Positions 33,600 through 48,537 of a DNA stretch of 64,000 nt are shown here, one piece after another (the stretch's first letter is position 1; every line of letters starts with the position of its first letter). Under the pieces are notes generated by a model. The model was not told the DNA's origin and did no database searches. It saw nothing but the letters and a program-made list of their open reading frames with translations. Source of the DNA: Octopus sinensis (taxonomy: Eukaryota); contig NC_042998.1 in NCBI RefSeq assembly GCF_006345805.1, positions 173,228,001-173,292,000 of the forward strand. Direction: 5' to 3'. A program made the translations under genes and the position numbers.

Positions 33600-36595
33600 C
33601 CCCTTCTTTCTTCAAATTTTCTTCTATTTCTCGCCGAGTGTTTTCCGTACACCTAGGGTAGAGAAGCTCCTTGCATATATTCTCAGATTACACACGCAAA
33701 TTCACAGGTAAAATATGTATTTTAGAAATTAATAAATAATTAAATTCATGAATGGATGTTGTTTTCACAGCGATAATGCTCTTCTCAGTACATGAGTCGT
33801 TCCAGTTAACACGATTTTTTGCACCTCCTGTAGGTTTCAGTAACTTATTTTTATCATTCCTAGAAATCCCACAATCACTGGTACTCTAATCGCCTTGAGA
33901 TGCCACATTTTAAAATTTCTATTAGCAAGACTTTATATTTACTGATCTTGTCAAATTCTTTCGCCGCTATATTGTGATCGTAAGGAATACTCAAGTCAAT
34001 TAATAAACACACTTTTTTTATCTTTCAAAATAATATCCAGTGTATTAGCTTTTATAGCTTTGTCGTTATGTACGGGGAGTTCCCAGAGAATCGACACATT
34101 TTCTTCCTCAGTCACAGCTTCAGGATAGTGTTTATATCAGTTGTCAGCGGTTTTGATTTTATAACGCCGACACATTGTCCAATGTAAATACTGGCCGACT
34201 CTGTCATGCCTTGCTTTATATTCTACAGGTGCTAAGTCTCTACACTCTGAGATTAGGTGGTCTATAGTTTCAATCTCATCGTTACAGAATCGGCATTTTG
34301 GGTCAGCTCCATTTTTTATCACATTGGCTTGGTAGTTCCGGGATAATAAGCTTTGGTCTTGAGCAGCTAATATGAACCCTTCACTCTCTGCTTTTAGCCC
34401 TGAGCTTCGTAACCATTGATGCGTGTGTTTCTAGTCGACACCAGCTTGTTTGCTGCGGGCCACATACTTGTCATGCAGAGGTTCCTGCTCCCATCTGCTA
34501 GCTAATTTTTCACGTGCTTTTGTCTTTGCAATTAATTTTATTTTCTTTGCAGCAGCAGTTGGTGCATTTCATTCAACCTGATCAGTCTGGTAGGTATCTA
34601 AGAGATCAGTAGCGAATGTTTTGCGCTCTTTCAGAATAGAGTGAAGTATTTTCGGTCTTTCATGTTTTTCAACGAGTTTTAGCCAGTCCGATTGTACGTA
34701 AGTTCAAGCTGGATCACACCTCGACCTTCCTGAGCTCAGGGATGGTAAAGACGATCCACGTCTGCTTTTGGATGGTGCATCTTATTACAAGGCAGTAGCT
34801 TGCAGATTTTTCTATCAATCTTCATTATTTCACTGGTATTCCAGTTAAGCACATTGAAGCTATAAAGAACAACTGGGACTGCTAATGAATTTATCGCTAA
34901 CACCTTATCATATGCATTCAGCTCAGACTTCAGACTGCACGAACCCTTCTATAGCATTCCTTCCTAACCTTCTCTTTCATGCTTGCATACTGGATACTAG
35001 AGCTTTCATTTATTCTAGGTACTTATAGGTTTGTTCCTGCTCAAGTTTCTTTATTACTGTTTCGACATCTAATTCAATTGAACTTGGACTTTATCAATTT
35101 CCTTTTCCTAAAAGTGTCTTTGACACGCTTTTCAAGACCAAACTCCATCCCGATATCATCACTGAATCATTTCACAGTATGTAGTAGTCCTTCAAGCTTT
35201 TCATCATCTTTCCATATAGTTTTAAATCATCCATATAAAATAGACGGCTTTTTTTCCTGTTCTCAGTTTTGTACCCATACCCTGTTCTATTCAGTTCACT
35301 TGCGAGTGGTATTAGTGCTATGCAGAAAATTAGTGATGAAAGTGAGTTACCTTGGAAAATGCCACAGTTTATGCTAATATTGTTTGAGCGCAATACTCTA
35401 TTAGAATGATATAATTGGAGCTTCGTATTCCATAGTGACATATTATACTTTATAAAATCTGAAATCACAGGAGAAATTTTGAAAATGTTCCGCGATTTCA
35501 GAATCCACGAATGTGGTATGCAGTGAAAGGCTTTTTTATAATCAATCCATGAAGAGCTGAGATTTCTGCGCTTGTTATGGCAGTTCTCAAGGATCATGCG
35601 ATTAATTAGGAGCTGATCTTTGCATCCGTATGAGCCTCGGCTGCATCCTTTATGTTCAGTGGGAAAGAGGTTATTCTCTTCCATAAATGTATATGTTTTA
35701 TTCACTAGAACAGATGTCAAAATCTTATAGGTGATAGACAAACATGTTATAGGCCGGTAGTTTTCTGGGTCTTTGGTTTCGTTATTTTTGGGGAAGAAAT
35801 AAGTTATACCATTTGCCATTCAATGGGGAGGTTTTTTCAGGTCTTTCATAATACTATTAAATAGTATTACTAACATTTTGTGTGCGGACGAGAGTGATGA
35901 GAGTCAGATATGTAGTACTCTATCAATACCAGTGGATTTCTACTTATGGGCCTTTGTTAGTGCCCTCCTTAGGTCGGCGATTGAGATGTCTTCCCATACC
36001 TGTTCTTGTAGATTTTTGTAGGCATCTTGAGTGCGTTTGATCCAGTGTGCATTTTCAATGTATGGTTTCTCATCACTCCAGATCCCTTTCCAAAAGTTTT
36101 CAACTTCTTCCATTAGGGGTGGATTTTCAATGGTTATTTTTTCTTTCCCTATTTCCCTGTAAAATGATTTGGCATTAGATTTGAACATATGATTTTGTTT
36201 GTAGTATTTGATTCTTTCTCAAATCTGCGTATTCTCTGAGCTTTTGCTTGAACTTTTTGTTTAAGTGTTTCTTTGGCTGACATTAGTTCTTCTCTTGTTG
36301 AGATTCCATAATTTCTCACAATATTTTCTTGATCTTACATAATTTCCAGAGATTAGCTCAGTTAATATTGATATCTCCCTTCGCAATGATTCAATCTCAG
36401 TTTCAATTCTACTTCTCTAGTTTGATTTTCTTTTCGAAATTGGTATTGTTGGCTTTTTGGATGTTAAACAGCGTCTTTCGATTACCTTAGCAACAGAGTA
36501 AATAATTTAATTTAATTTATTAAGATCGGATTTTTAGTTGTTATATGATTTCTTGTGTAACGCAGTTGCCAATTTTTATTTTCGTTTTGTTTTAT
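33600..36595 (-). mobile_element. R4/Dong-clade non-LTR retrotransposon (RT, CCHC, RLE), 5'-truncated, with frameshifts
   Basis: ORF 35172-35819: YRPITCL...WIDYKKAF..IPHSW...GIFQGNSLS..FYMDDLKLY; CCHC CRFCNDEIETIDHLISEC (34137-34322); RLE LDIILKDKKVCLLIDLSIPYD; (AAC)n(AAT)n tail. Confidence 0.95.
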
Positions 36596-36642
36596 GTTGT
36601 TGTTGTTATTATTATTATTATCATTATTATTATCATTATCAC

Positions 36643-36683
<41 letters not shown>

Positions 36684-36699
36684 TATTATTATTATTATA

Positions 36700-37053
36700 G
36701 GCGGCGAGCTGGCAGAATCGTTAGTACGTCGGGCGAAATGCTTAGCGGTATTTTGTCTACCTCTACGTTCTGAATTCAAATTCCGGTGAGGTCGACTTTG
36801 CCTTTCGTCCTTTCGGGGTCGATAAAGCAAGAATCAGTTGAACACTGGAGTAGATGTAGTCGACTCATCCCCTCCCCAAAATTGCTGCTTTTGTGGCAAG
36901 ATTTGAAACCAGGTTGTGTGTTCAAATTCCACTGAGGTAACTGTGCCTTTCACCATTTCGGGGTCGATAAATAAAGTATCAGTCAAACACTGGGGTCAAT
37001 AAAATTGACTTTCTCCCTCCTCGAAATTACCTGCATTGTGCCAAAATTTGAAA

Positions 37054-37055
<2 letters not shown>
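36700..37055 (+). mobile_element. Two tandem SINE family B copies (36700-36910 full, 36911-37055 truncated)
   Basis: Head ggcggcgagctggcagaatcgttag; B box and Nin-like domain occur twice. Confidence 0.9.
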
Positions 37056-37147
<92 letters not shown>

Positions 37148-37157
37148 AAGTAGTATT

Positions 37158-37839
37158 GTGAGTGGCTGTGTGATAAGTAGCTTGCTTACCAACCACATGG
37201 GTCTAGGTTCAGTCCCACTGCGTGGCACCTTGGGCCGACCAAAGCCTTGTGAGTGGATTTGATAGACGGAAACTGAAAGAAGGCCGTCGTATATATGTAC
37301 AAATATATCTATATATATAAAACTGTAGTTGTGTGAGTGTCTGTCCCCTTCGATTTAGATTCCTAACTACTCCCACATTTTGCGGTGCAGTTTAACCAAA
37401 TTCGGGTATCTTATAGTCGTGATTCATATCGAGCCCGTCTGGCTATTAGCGCGCGTCTACGATGAGTCTACGATTTTAAAAATAATTTAACATCATTTTT
37501 TATTCCATTTTAAAGCATAATTTTTCGTGTGTCGATGGCGGCGGAGTTGGCGTCCACGGTCACACCTGCACCTGTGTATGCTTCTCCCCCTTCTTCCCTC
37601 CCTCGTGAAGCTGTGGGGAAGGGAGTGTAAGGAAATCAACGTCGTAAAGCGTTGTCAAGGAGACCAGCATTCTTTTAGAACAACGACTTCATGGCTTGAA
37701 GACACAGAGTCAACGATTTAAAAAAATATTACCATAACTTTTTATTCCATTTTTAATGCATTCTTTTGCTATAACTCTCTAAAAATGCTTATATAGTTAT
37801 TTCCCTTACAAACCCGAGCAACGCCGGGCGATACTGCTA

Positions 37840-37888
<49 letters not shown>

Positions 37889-38056
37889 ATTGTTTCTGTG
37901 TCTGTGTTTGTCCCGCCAACAGCGCTTGACAACCGATGGTGGTTTGTTTACGTCCCCGTAAGTTAGCTTACAAAGAATAAGTCCTGGCTTCGATTTGCTC
38001 GACTAAATGCGGTGCTCCAGCATGGCCACAGTCAAATGACTGAAACAAGTAAAAGA
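37158..38056 (+). mobile_element. SINE family A split by a Helitron insertion
   Basis: Head 37158-37300 and tail 37880-38056. Confidence 0.85.
37308..37840 (+). mobile_element. Non-autonomous Helitron, both ends present
   Basis: A|TC start at 37308; 3' hairpin cccg-agcaacgc-cggg 37813-28; CTAG 37837-40. Confidence 0.85.
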
Positions 38057-38225
38057 TCATTATAAAAAATAATGTTGTTGTTGTTGTTGTTGTTATTGCA
38101 AATCTCACCGTGGTTAACATAGCCTTCAATTCTTCCGATATCAATAAAAGAGAGTTCTATATGAACGTATACCTGTTTCCAAATTTGTGAATTTATGCTT
38201 AGATCAGTAACTATTATTAACATTA

Positions 38226-38426
38226 TTTACTCTTTTACTTGTTTCAGTCATTTGACTGAGGCCATGCTGGAGCACCGCCTTTAGTCGAGCAAATCGACCC
38301 CGGGACTTATTCTTTGTAAGCCCAGTACTTATTCTATCGGTCTCTTTTGCCGAAGCGCTAAGTTCCTGGGGCGTAAACACACCAGCATCGGTTGTCAAGC
38401 GATGTTGGGGGACAAACACAGACACA

Positions 38427-38466
<40 letters not shown>

Positions 38467-38637
38467 CATATATACGACAGGCTTCTTTCAGTTTCCGTCT
38501 ACCAAATCCACTCACAAGGCTTTGGTCGGCCCGGGGCTATAGCAGAAGACACTTGCCCAAGATGCCACACAGTGGGACTGAACCCGGAACCATGTGGTTG
38601 GTTAGCAAGCTACTTACCACACAGCCACTCCTGCGCC
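38226..38637 (-). mobile_element. SINE family A, full length
   Basis: Close match to 10159-10566. Confidence 0.95.
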
Positions 38638-38664
38638 TATTTGTTCAGATTCTGCCTAGATGTC

Positions 38665-38790
38665 TGCCTTTGATCCTTTCGTGGTCGATTAAATAAGTAA
38701 GTACCAGTTGAACACTGAGGTCAATGTACTTGGCCATCCACCTCACCCAAAATTTCAAGACTTGTGCTCAGAGTAGGACGGATTATCAAT
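38665..38790 (+). mobile_element. SINE family B 3' fragment
   Basis: gcctttgatcctttcgtggtcgattaaataag...taccagttgaacactgaggtcaatg. Confidence 0.7.
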
Positions 38791-39029
38791 AATACTATCC
38801 ATACAAACTCATACCGTCCAACAAGCGCATATATTATTTATTCTGACTTTCTGTAATGTACTTAACTCGGCGTAATTGGATCGATCGTTTGATAGCTATG
38901 ATTATTTTTCGAAAGTCGTGCAAGTATTTACAAAACATATTTATCAATCTACAATCCATCTTACAGAGTAACGCAATAATTGGATAAAAAAATTATGTAA
39001 TTGTATAAAATTCACCAATCCATCCATTC

Positions 39030-39075
<46 letters not shown>

Positions 39076-39108
39076 TTATTATTATTATTATTTTTTTTTT
39101 TTTTTTAA

Positions 39109-39796
<688 letters not shown>

Positions 39797-39831
39797 CATA
39801 TCTATCTAGCTAGCTATCTATCTATCTATCT

Positions 39832-39910
<79 letters not shown>

Positions 39911-40071
39911 CGCTCTGTCTCTCTATGTATCTATCTACCTGTCTATTTATCCCCTTACCGCGTCCATTTTGTGTGTGCGTGCGTGCGTGTGTGTGTGACT
40001 TGGGCAGTGTTTTGTTTTACCGACCGCGGCCTTGTGAGTGAATTTTGTAGGACAGGGACTCTGTGAAGGCC

Positions 40072-40139
<68 letters not shown>

Positions 40140-40142
<3 letters not shown>

Positions 40143-40443
40143 TGTACTTGTTTTAGTCACTTGACTGTGGCCATGCTGGGGCACCACTTTGAAGTGTTTT
40201 CGTCGATCGCATCAAACCCAGTACTTATTTTATTTTTTTACGCCTAGTACTTATTCTATCGGTCTCTTTTGCAGAACCACTAAGTTACGTGGACCTAAAC
40301 TCAGAAACACCGGTAGTCAAGCGAAGTGGGGGACAAGCACAGGCACGAAGACACAAACACACAGACACAGTCACACAGATACATACATACATACATACAT
40401 ACATACATACATGCATACATGCATACATACATACATACATACA

Positions 40444-40475
<32 letters not shown>

Positions 40476-40890
40476 CGACGGGCTTCTTTCAGTTTCCATC
40501 AACCAAGTTCACTCACAAGGATTTGGTCGGGCCGAAGCTATTCACTTGCCCAATGTACCACGAAGAGGGACTGAACCCGAAAGGATGTGATGATTGAGAG
40601 AACAAGCTTCTTACCACCCAGCCATGCCATATATTTATATGTGCCAAAGTGTGTCTTGTGTCAGTCTTTATAAAAACACCTTCTACCGCTCGACAACCGG
40701 CGCTGGTTTGTTTATGTTCCTCCAACTTAGCGGTTCGACAAAAGACTATAGACCCAGACCTATTCCCATTTTTTTTTTTAGGAGGGGTTAGCTTTGAAAA
40801 CAGAAATTATTCGGTGCGATGTATTCGACTAATACCTTCAAATGCTGTGTCCCAGCACGAATCCACTGGCCGAAACAAGTAAAATATACA
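40140..40890. mobile_element. SINE family A copies: 40140-40625 (-) and tail 40655-40890 (+)
   Basis: Family A body and tail motifs. Confidence 0.75.
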
Positions 40891-41421
40891 CGATAAATAA
40901 ATAAAGTTGCAAAACTCAGCTGTATATCTCGGTTCTGATATGATACCTTGCTTTAATTTTCTTTATACGCCTCTTCTAACACTAATTACACACGAAACTC
41001 ACACCTCTATACCATCTCCCTCGCACTTAATACCTCTATCTAGCACTAGCTCGTTCTGTATTTCAGGCTCACTTATTTTCAATCCTCCTTCCTCTCCTTC
41101 CTCTCCATCCCTCCATCCTTCTCTCTCTCTATCTCTAACTTTCTCTCTCTCTCTCTCTCTCTCTCTGCCTCTCCCTCACTCACTCTTTATGTATAAGGCT
41201 ATAATCCTGCTTCATCACTCCCCTTCTCTCTCTCTCTCTCCCCATATAGTATTCAGCTTTTTCATCACTGTACCCACTAACATAAGCCACGGTTTGTTGT
41301 TTTTTCATTGTGGTTTGTTCATTCATAACATATTCGCTTCGTTTTCAAATTAAGGCAATACTATCTAAGACCATAAGTGTGTACGTGCACACGCATGTAC
41401 ACATAAACATACCTCTACCAG

Positions 41422-41528
<107 letters not shown>

Positions 41529-41897
41529 ATATATGTTTTAGCTGACTAGGTAATAATTATCGCGGTTACAACTACAATAATGACTGACTATACAAACACA
41601 ACAAGAACAATAACAAGCGAAACTGTATCGATAAATCAGCGACACCAGCAGCAATAACTACAACATACAGACTCCAAGCGAAGTCGAACGAATAAAAGGA
41701 AACTGCCAGCTTCGTTATTTCCGACGCAACTAAAATTTTCGGCGCAACTTTATTTTTCCTTTTTTCCATCCTTGATAAAGATCCAACTTCGCACAGTGTG
41801 CGCGCATACATACATACATACATACATACATACATACATACATACACACATACATACATACATACATACATATATACATACATACATATATACATAC

Positions 41898-41956
<59 letters not shown>

Positions 41957-41975
41957 ATATATATATATATATATA

Positions 41976-42016
<41 letters not shown>

Positions 42017-42671
42017 CAGACAGACGGACCGACAGATAGATACACGATAAAAAAAAAAAACAAAAAAAAACAAGCAACGAATTCTGTATCTGCTTCATAT
42101 TCTCAAGACATGCAATAATAAGAAAACACGCCAGCAATTACTCACAAAATAATATACAATTTAAACAAATTATTCCCTCCAGATGTTATTAATATGTAGA
42201 GATAAGTTCTTACATAAAGAATAGAACTTTAGGCTTCTGGAAGTAGTGATTTGAACACGGAACAAGCAGCAGCGATGTATTTAATCGCAAACCGTTTTTA
42301 TTGAACTTAATGTAATTGTTATATATTGTCTCGAACATGATACGTACGATGGCAATTATTTCTGATTTTTTGTTGCCGATTCTATTTGAACTCGTGTACT
42401 GATGCGTCTAAGTTAATAGGCAAATCGTTGAATCACTCTGATAAACAACTATACCAACCACTTCGTTAATAGGAGGCGTGTAAAGTGAATTGTATATTTA
42501 TCCATACATACATACACACACACACACAAACAACATAAAGAGAGAGAGAGAGAGATTTAAGGATATACATAGACACCTGCATATATACCTTCACACATAC
42601 TTACATAAATACTTTCATACATACATAATACATACGTACGATACCATACAATGCCATAATATACATACTTA

Positions 42672-42795
42672 TTTTATCGTTGGAACCAGGAGAATGAAAC
42701 GGAAGTCCGATGCCACTGAGATTTAGACTAAGAGTGTAACGTAATAAAGTCAGGTACCGTACCATCTGCGCCGTCTCCCAGTCGGATAAGGCTAA
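42672..42795 (-). mobile_element. Old SINE family B relic
   Basis: Minus strand ...agtctaaatctcagtggcatcggacttccgtttcattctcc...cgataaaataagta. Confidence 0.45.
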
Positions 42796-42982
42796 CATCA
42801 GAATATAAGGCGCGGACGATGATTTTCATGTTGAAATGTTGTTAAGAACTGTCTAATGCAACTGTGTATGTTTCACAACAGGAAGCTAACTCATCCAGGT
42901 AAGTGAGCTATAGATTTCTCAGTGTGGTTGCTTGTTTACACATATGCATGATCTCTCTCACTCTCTCTTTCTCTTTCTCTCT

Positions 42983-43019
<37 letters not shown>

Positions 43020-43150
43020 ACTCTGTCCTTGTGTGTGTATATATATATATATATATATACATATACATATGTGTGTGTATATAAATACATATATATGTAT
43101 ATATACATACATACATACACACATACATACACATATACATTCATACATAT

Positions 43151-43186
<36 letters not shown>

Positions 43187-43321
43187 CAACACAGGTATAT
43201 AGTGTAGCGAAAGCAAAAAGCAATTATAAGGAAATATATATATATATACGTGGTAGGTATATTGGCAGATACACAAGGCGGATATATGTATATATATAGT
43301 ATATAAAATATATATGTCTAT

Positions 43322-43353
<32 letters not shown>

Positions 43354-43448
43354 ATTGTGTATGTATACATATAGATATATATATTATATACACATACGTA
43401 AGAGATTCATGAGTGCGTCTGCGTAAACACACTTATAATGAGTGCGGG

Positions 43449-43481
<33 letters not shown>

Positions 43482-43950
43482 CACATACATACATATGTAT
43501 GTATATGGTTATAAGCATGTTTGTATATATATGTATGTATGATGAATGGAAGCTTGTATGCATGCATGAATAAACGAATGGATGGGTGGATGAATGGGTG
43601 AATGGATGGACGGATGCTTGATACAGTTATCGCTCAGTGTAAGGACTAAGTTGTTTGCGGACCCAAAAGAAATACTCAATGGCCTTGAGGATAGAGTTCG
43701 TAATATTTGTAAATGTATAATTTACATACATTTATAGTTCTATTACTATACAAACATACTTATATATATATATATGCTTATTTGTGTGCGTTTTCATGTC
43801 TCTGTGTGTTTCACATTTTGTTTAACGCTGTGTGTGCCAGTTTGAATGCGCGCACACATAACAATCCACCTATATAAATATAAATACGTTTATGACAAGC
43901 ATTCAAACACAGACACACTCACACACAAGCGCAAAAGCAGTATATATATA

Positions 43951-44044
<94 letters not shown>

Positions 44045-44068
44045 ATATATATATTTTATATATATATA

Positions 44069-44486
44069 TCTTCTTTTACTTGTTTCAGTCATTTGACAGC
44101 GGCTATGCTGAGCACCGCCTTTAGTCGAGCAAATCGACCCCAGGGCTGATTCTTTGTGAACCTAGTACTTTTTCTATCGGTCCTTTTGCTGAGCCGCTAA
44201 GTTATGGGGACGTAAACGCACCAGTATCTGTTGTCAAGCGATGCTGCAGGGAGAAACACAGACGCACAAACACACACAGACACACACACACATACATATA
44301 CATATACATACATATATATATATATGACAGGCTTCTTTCAGTTTCTCCCTACCAAATCCACTCAGAAGGCTTTGTTCGGCCCGAGGCTATAGTAGAAGAT
44401 ACTTGCCCAAGGTCCACGCAGTGGGACTCAACCCGGAACCATGTGGTTGGTAAGCATGCTACTTGCCACGCAGCCATTCCTGCACC
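44069..44486 (-). mobile_element. SINE family A, full length
   Basis: Head, body and tail as in other copies. Confidence 0.92.
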
Positions 44487-45258
44487 TATATACGCACACA
44501 CACATACACACACATACACACACACACGCACACACACACTCACACACACACACACACACACACTTACATACACACACTTACATACACATATTAACTATCT
44601 TTCGATCGATCAGTCCTTCCGTCCATCTATATGTATGATCTATCTTTATACGCTCATATGTATATACATATAATTATTCACACACACACCACACACATAC
44701 AAAGATACATAACATAACATATATCGATGTATATAAGTATGTAAGCATGTATACATGTGTATACGTTTTAATTTGTTAATAATGAATTTTCTTTTCCATT
44801 CCGTTTACATTCTTGCTCGTATTTTGTAATGTGCGTGTGTGTTTTTATATATGTACGTACATACATACGTATGTATGTATGTATGCATGTATGTATGTAT
44901 GTATGTATGTATGTATGGACTAATGCATGAAGGAAAAATGGTGATTGTGTATATAATGGGTGTTTTTGCGTTCATGCATATAAGTGTGTATTTATGTACT
45001 TATTGTCACCATCAACTTTTTACTGTTCCTTACGAACACGCACACCTTTCTCCTTCTCTCTCTCTCTATCTATTCATATATTTATCTATCTATCTACATA
45101 GCTATGTGTCTCTGTCAGTCCCTCTCTCTCTCTATCTATCTATCTCTATATATCTATCTATCTTTCTATCTATCTATCTATCTATGTGTCTACACCACCT
45201 GTCTTCGTCTTTTGGGTTTTTTTTTTGTGAATTCTCCCCCTATCTATTTATCTGTCTG

Positions 45259-45312
<54 letters not shown>

Positions 45313-45313
45313 A

Positions 45314-45353
<40 letters not shown>

Positions 45354-45354
45354 G

Positions 45355-45417
<63 letters not shown>

Positions 45418-46036
45418 AATCTACCTATCTATACCCCGTACTCTCTCTCTCTCATTCTCTCAGTTTCTCTCTCTTTCTCTCTATCTTTCTCTTTGTCTTT
45501 CTGTCATTCAGTTAATGTCATAAACATGCCTGTATATCTTGATGTATTCCTTTATCTCAGTTTCTACATTTGGCCTATGTAATATACTCGCATATAATTT
45601 TAATATCCAGTATTCTATACAAAAAACAACAACATTTATTTCATGTTAATCCATAATACTTATATATATATATATATACACACACATAAATATAACTGTC
45701 AATGCGTTTATTAAGCATGCGTTCTTTTGGTACCGTATTTTGCTTGTGAACACGTGTATGTGCCATAGATGAGTAGGTGTTGAGTGGGTGTATAAAAATT
45801 TTTGTTGCTGCCTGCGTGATGAGCTGTTTAGTGTCAGTGCGTGTTTGTTTGTGTGTTTCAATGTATCTTTGTTTGTGTCTATGTGTATGTATGTAATGTT
45901 GCTTTGTGCGTGTCTATATGTGTGTATTATTATATGTAGGTATGCGTATCAGTGGGTGTGTGCGTGTGTCAGTATGAGCGTTAATGTAAGTTTGTGTCAC
46001 TTTAGTGGCGTAATGTGAGGTGTGAGAGATATACGC

Positions 46037-46130
46037 GGCGTGATGACCGCACAGGTGGTTACTTTATATACGAGCACCTGCCGTGGGCGAAGGTATGATA
46101 CGCTCGAAGATGGGTTCAAAACCCACGCCA
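46037..46130 (+). other. tRNA-like relic (SINE head or tRNA pseudogene)
   Basis: ggcgtg/cacgcc end pairing, T-arm-like tgggttcaaaaccca, A-box-like gaccgcacaggtgg; no canonical cloverleaf. Confidence 0.3.
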
Positions 46131-46149
46131 GGTTACTGTGTATTTTTGT

Positions 46150-46607
46150 ATCGTTTTGCTTGTTTCAGTTATCCAACTGCGGCCATACTAGGGCACGTCT
46201 TGAAACGTCTAGTCGAACAAATCGACACCAATACTTATTGTTTTACATGTGGTACTTATCCTACCGATTCTCGTGCCAATCCCTGAGATACAGGAAGTAA
46301 ACAAACCAACGCTGGTTGTCAGGCGGTGGTGCTGAGACAAACACACAGACACACATACATACATCATTCAAAGCTAAGAAACTGCGAGAAAATGCATTAT
46401 GACTAGCGGTGTATAACAACAACGGATAGTCGGGTCGATACAAGGCCAAATATTTCGGGGGAAGGGATGGATCGATAACATCGACAGCAGCGCTCAACTG
46501 GTACTTATCGACCTCGAAGGGATAAAAGGCAAAGTAAACCTCGACAGAATTCGAACTCAGAACGTAAAGACGGACAAAATGTCACTAAGCATTTTTCCCG
46601 GCGTTGC
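46150..46607 (-). mobile_element. SINE family A tail (46150-46360) and SINE family B (46440-46607)
   Basis: actggtacttatcgacctcgaagggataaaaggcaaag...gaattcgaactcagaacgtaaagacg is the reverse complement of family B. Confidence 0.8.
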
Positions 46608-46660
46608 TACACACACATACCCATCCCCATATACCCACATTTTATCTTTATATGTATGCA

Positions 46661-46707
<47 letters not shown>

Positions 46708-46776
46708 GTATGTATGAAAATACACATATACTATTACTATATGATCGAACGCCACGCATTCTTTTCCAAGAAAGTT

Positions 46777-46888
<112 letters not shown>

Positions 46889-47585
46889 ACGACGAGCTTC
46901 AACACAGTTTCAGTAGATCAAATTCACTTAAAAGAAAAGACATTGGTTGATTCGGAAACTAAGATGCCACGCAGTGATACTGAACCCGAAACCACGAAGT
47001 AAATAAGTATATGAATATTGCATTTTGTCTGCGCCTACACTGAGATATATTTCTTATATTTCATATGTACAAATTTGGGTGCGCGTATCTCACTGTGAGT
47101 TGTGGGTGTACGCATGTGGGTGTATTTGCAAGTCCATGTGTTATGCATCTATGGGGTGATGCGCGCATGCGAGAATTGTGAATATGTGCACTTGCGTGAG
47201 TAGTGTGTGTTTGAATATTTCGTTTATATATGTTTGTGTACACTTCTGAGTGGGCGTAGAAATGGGCGTATGCACATGCAAATGTGTCTCTTTGTCAGTA
47301 TTTGAATGAGCGTATGGGTATGGTCTATGTGTATGCGTACTTATTATGTATTGGGTGGGATATAAGTCGATATAAGCCCATTCTGTCGTTACCATAGGAA
47401 TTTTATGCTCCAGTGAACTAGTTATTTACATACCACCTCTATGTCGAGCTAATTGCTTCTGTGTGTAACCTCGTGAGTGCCACTCTAGTCAGAAGCCCAA
47501 TATTTACCCACCAGAACATCCCCAGGTGAAAATCCGACACGCATTTTCTGTCAGTTGATCACACTGAATATGCGCAAGCAGACTC

Positions 47586-47900
47586 GGGCGTGGCTGTATG
47601 GTTAAGAATGTCACCACGAGCAACGGCATGTGGGTGGATTAGAGTACTATGTAGAAGTCCTTCAAGTATATATTATGGGTGGTATTTGTGTCACTGTCTG
47701 TCTCTGTATCCATCAGCCACTTGACAACCGGTGTTGCCTTGTTTACGTCCCCGTTAGAAAACGAATTGGTAAAAGAGTCTGACTGAATAAGTAGCAAACT
47801 CAAAAGCCAAATAACAACACAAGTAATGGGGGCTAAAGCCCTTCAAGTTGATGTTCCAACATAATGGCAGTCAAATGACTAACCTAAGTAAAAGACTGAT
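47586..47900 (+). mobile_element. Degenerate SINE family A
   Basis: gggcgtggctgtatggttaag head; cttgacaaccggtgttg...tttacgtccccgt body; cagtcaaatgact tail. Confidence 0.6.
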
Positions 47901-48042
47901 TTCACCTGTCAGAGCGTGGCAAATATGATGGACGCTGTCCACACTTCGGTTTATGACGTACAACAAGAAAATGGGATTATTTATACACGACATTCTGTAA
48001 AGTATATGTCGGTCATTCTTATTCATGAAATGCTAGTGTAAT

Positions 48043-48080
<38 letters not shown>

Positions 48081-48537
48081 ATCATCATCATATCATCGTC
48101 ATCGTCACTGCAAAAATTCTATAAAATCAGTAAAATCGAATTAACATTATTAGGACATCACTTCTCTTGCCCCAACCCATCTTACTCTATGCTTCACTAT
48201 CCCAAAAGAAATCAAAAGAGAAACGTTAGCATAACCCTTGAACGGTTTCCGGACAAATTCATCCAGAAAATTCAAAGTAAACCACTAATACCTAGATATA
48301 TTTCGATTCACAGCAAGTCTTTACTCGAGTGGAATATGGTGTCCAAAAATATAATCTAAAATTATTTGCTAGGTGGTGCTATTAAATTATTAACCTCGTT
48401 GTGTACAGTTTATTTAATTCTTTAAACCAAACCCACTTCATGCTAAGGCCTTGGCAAAGCTATAAGATGTCGCATCGACATTCAATCTGAGTCCACAGTT
48501 TCTCGTAACGGAGATATGTTTTAGCTGATAAACGTGT

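Noticed and set aside
41572-41800. Hydrophobic minus-strand peptide suggesting a membrane protein
   Set aside because: Runs out of a (TATG)n tract; hydrophobicity follows from the A/C-rich opposite strand; no family motif.
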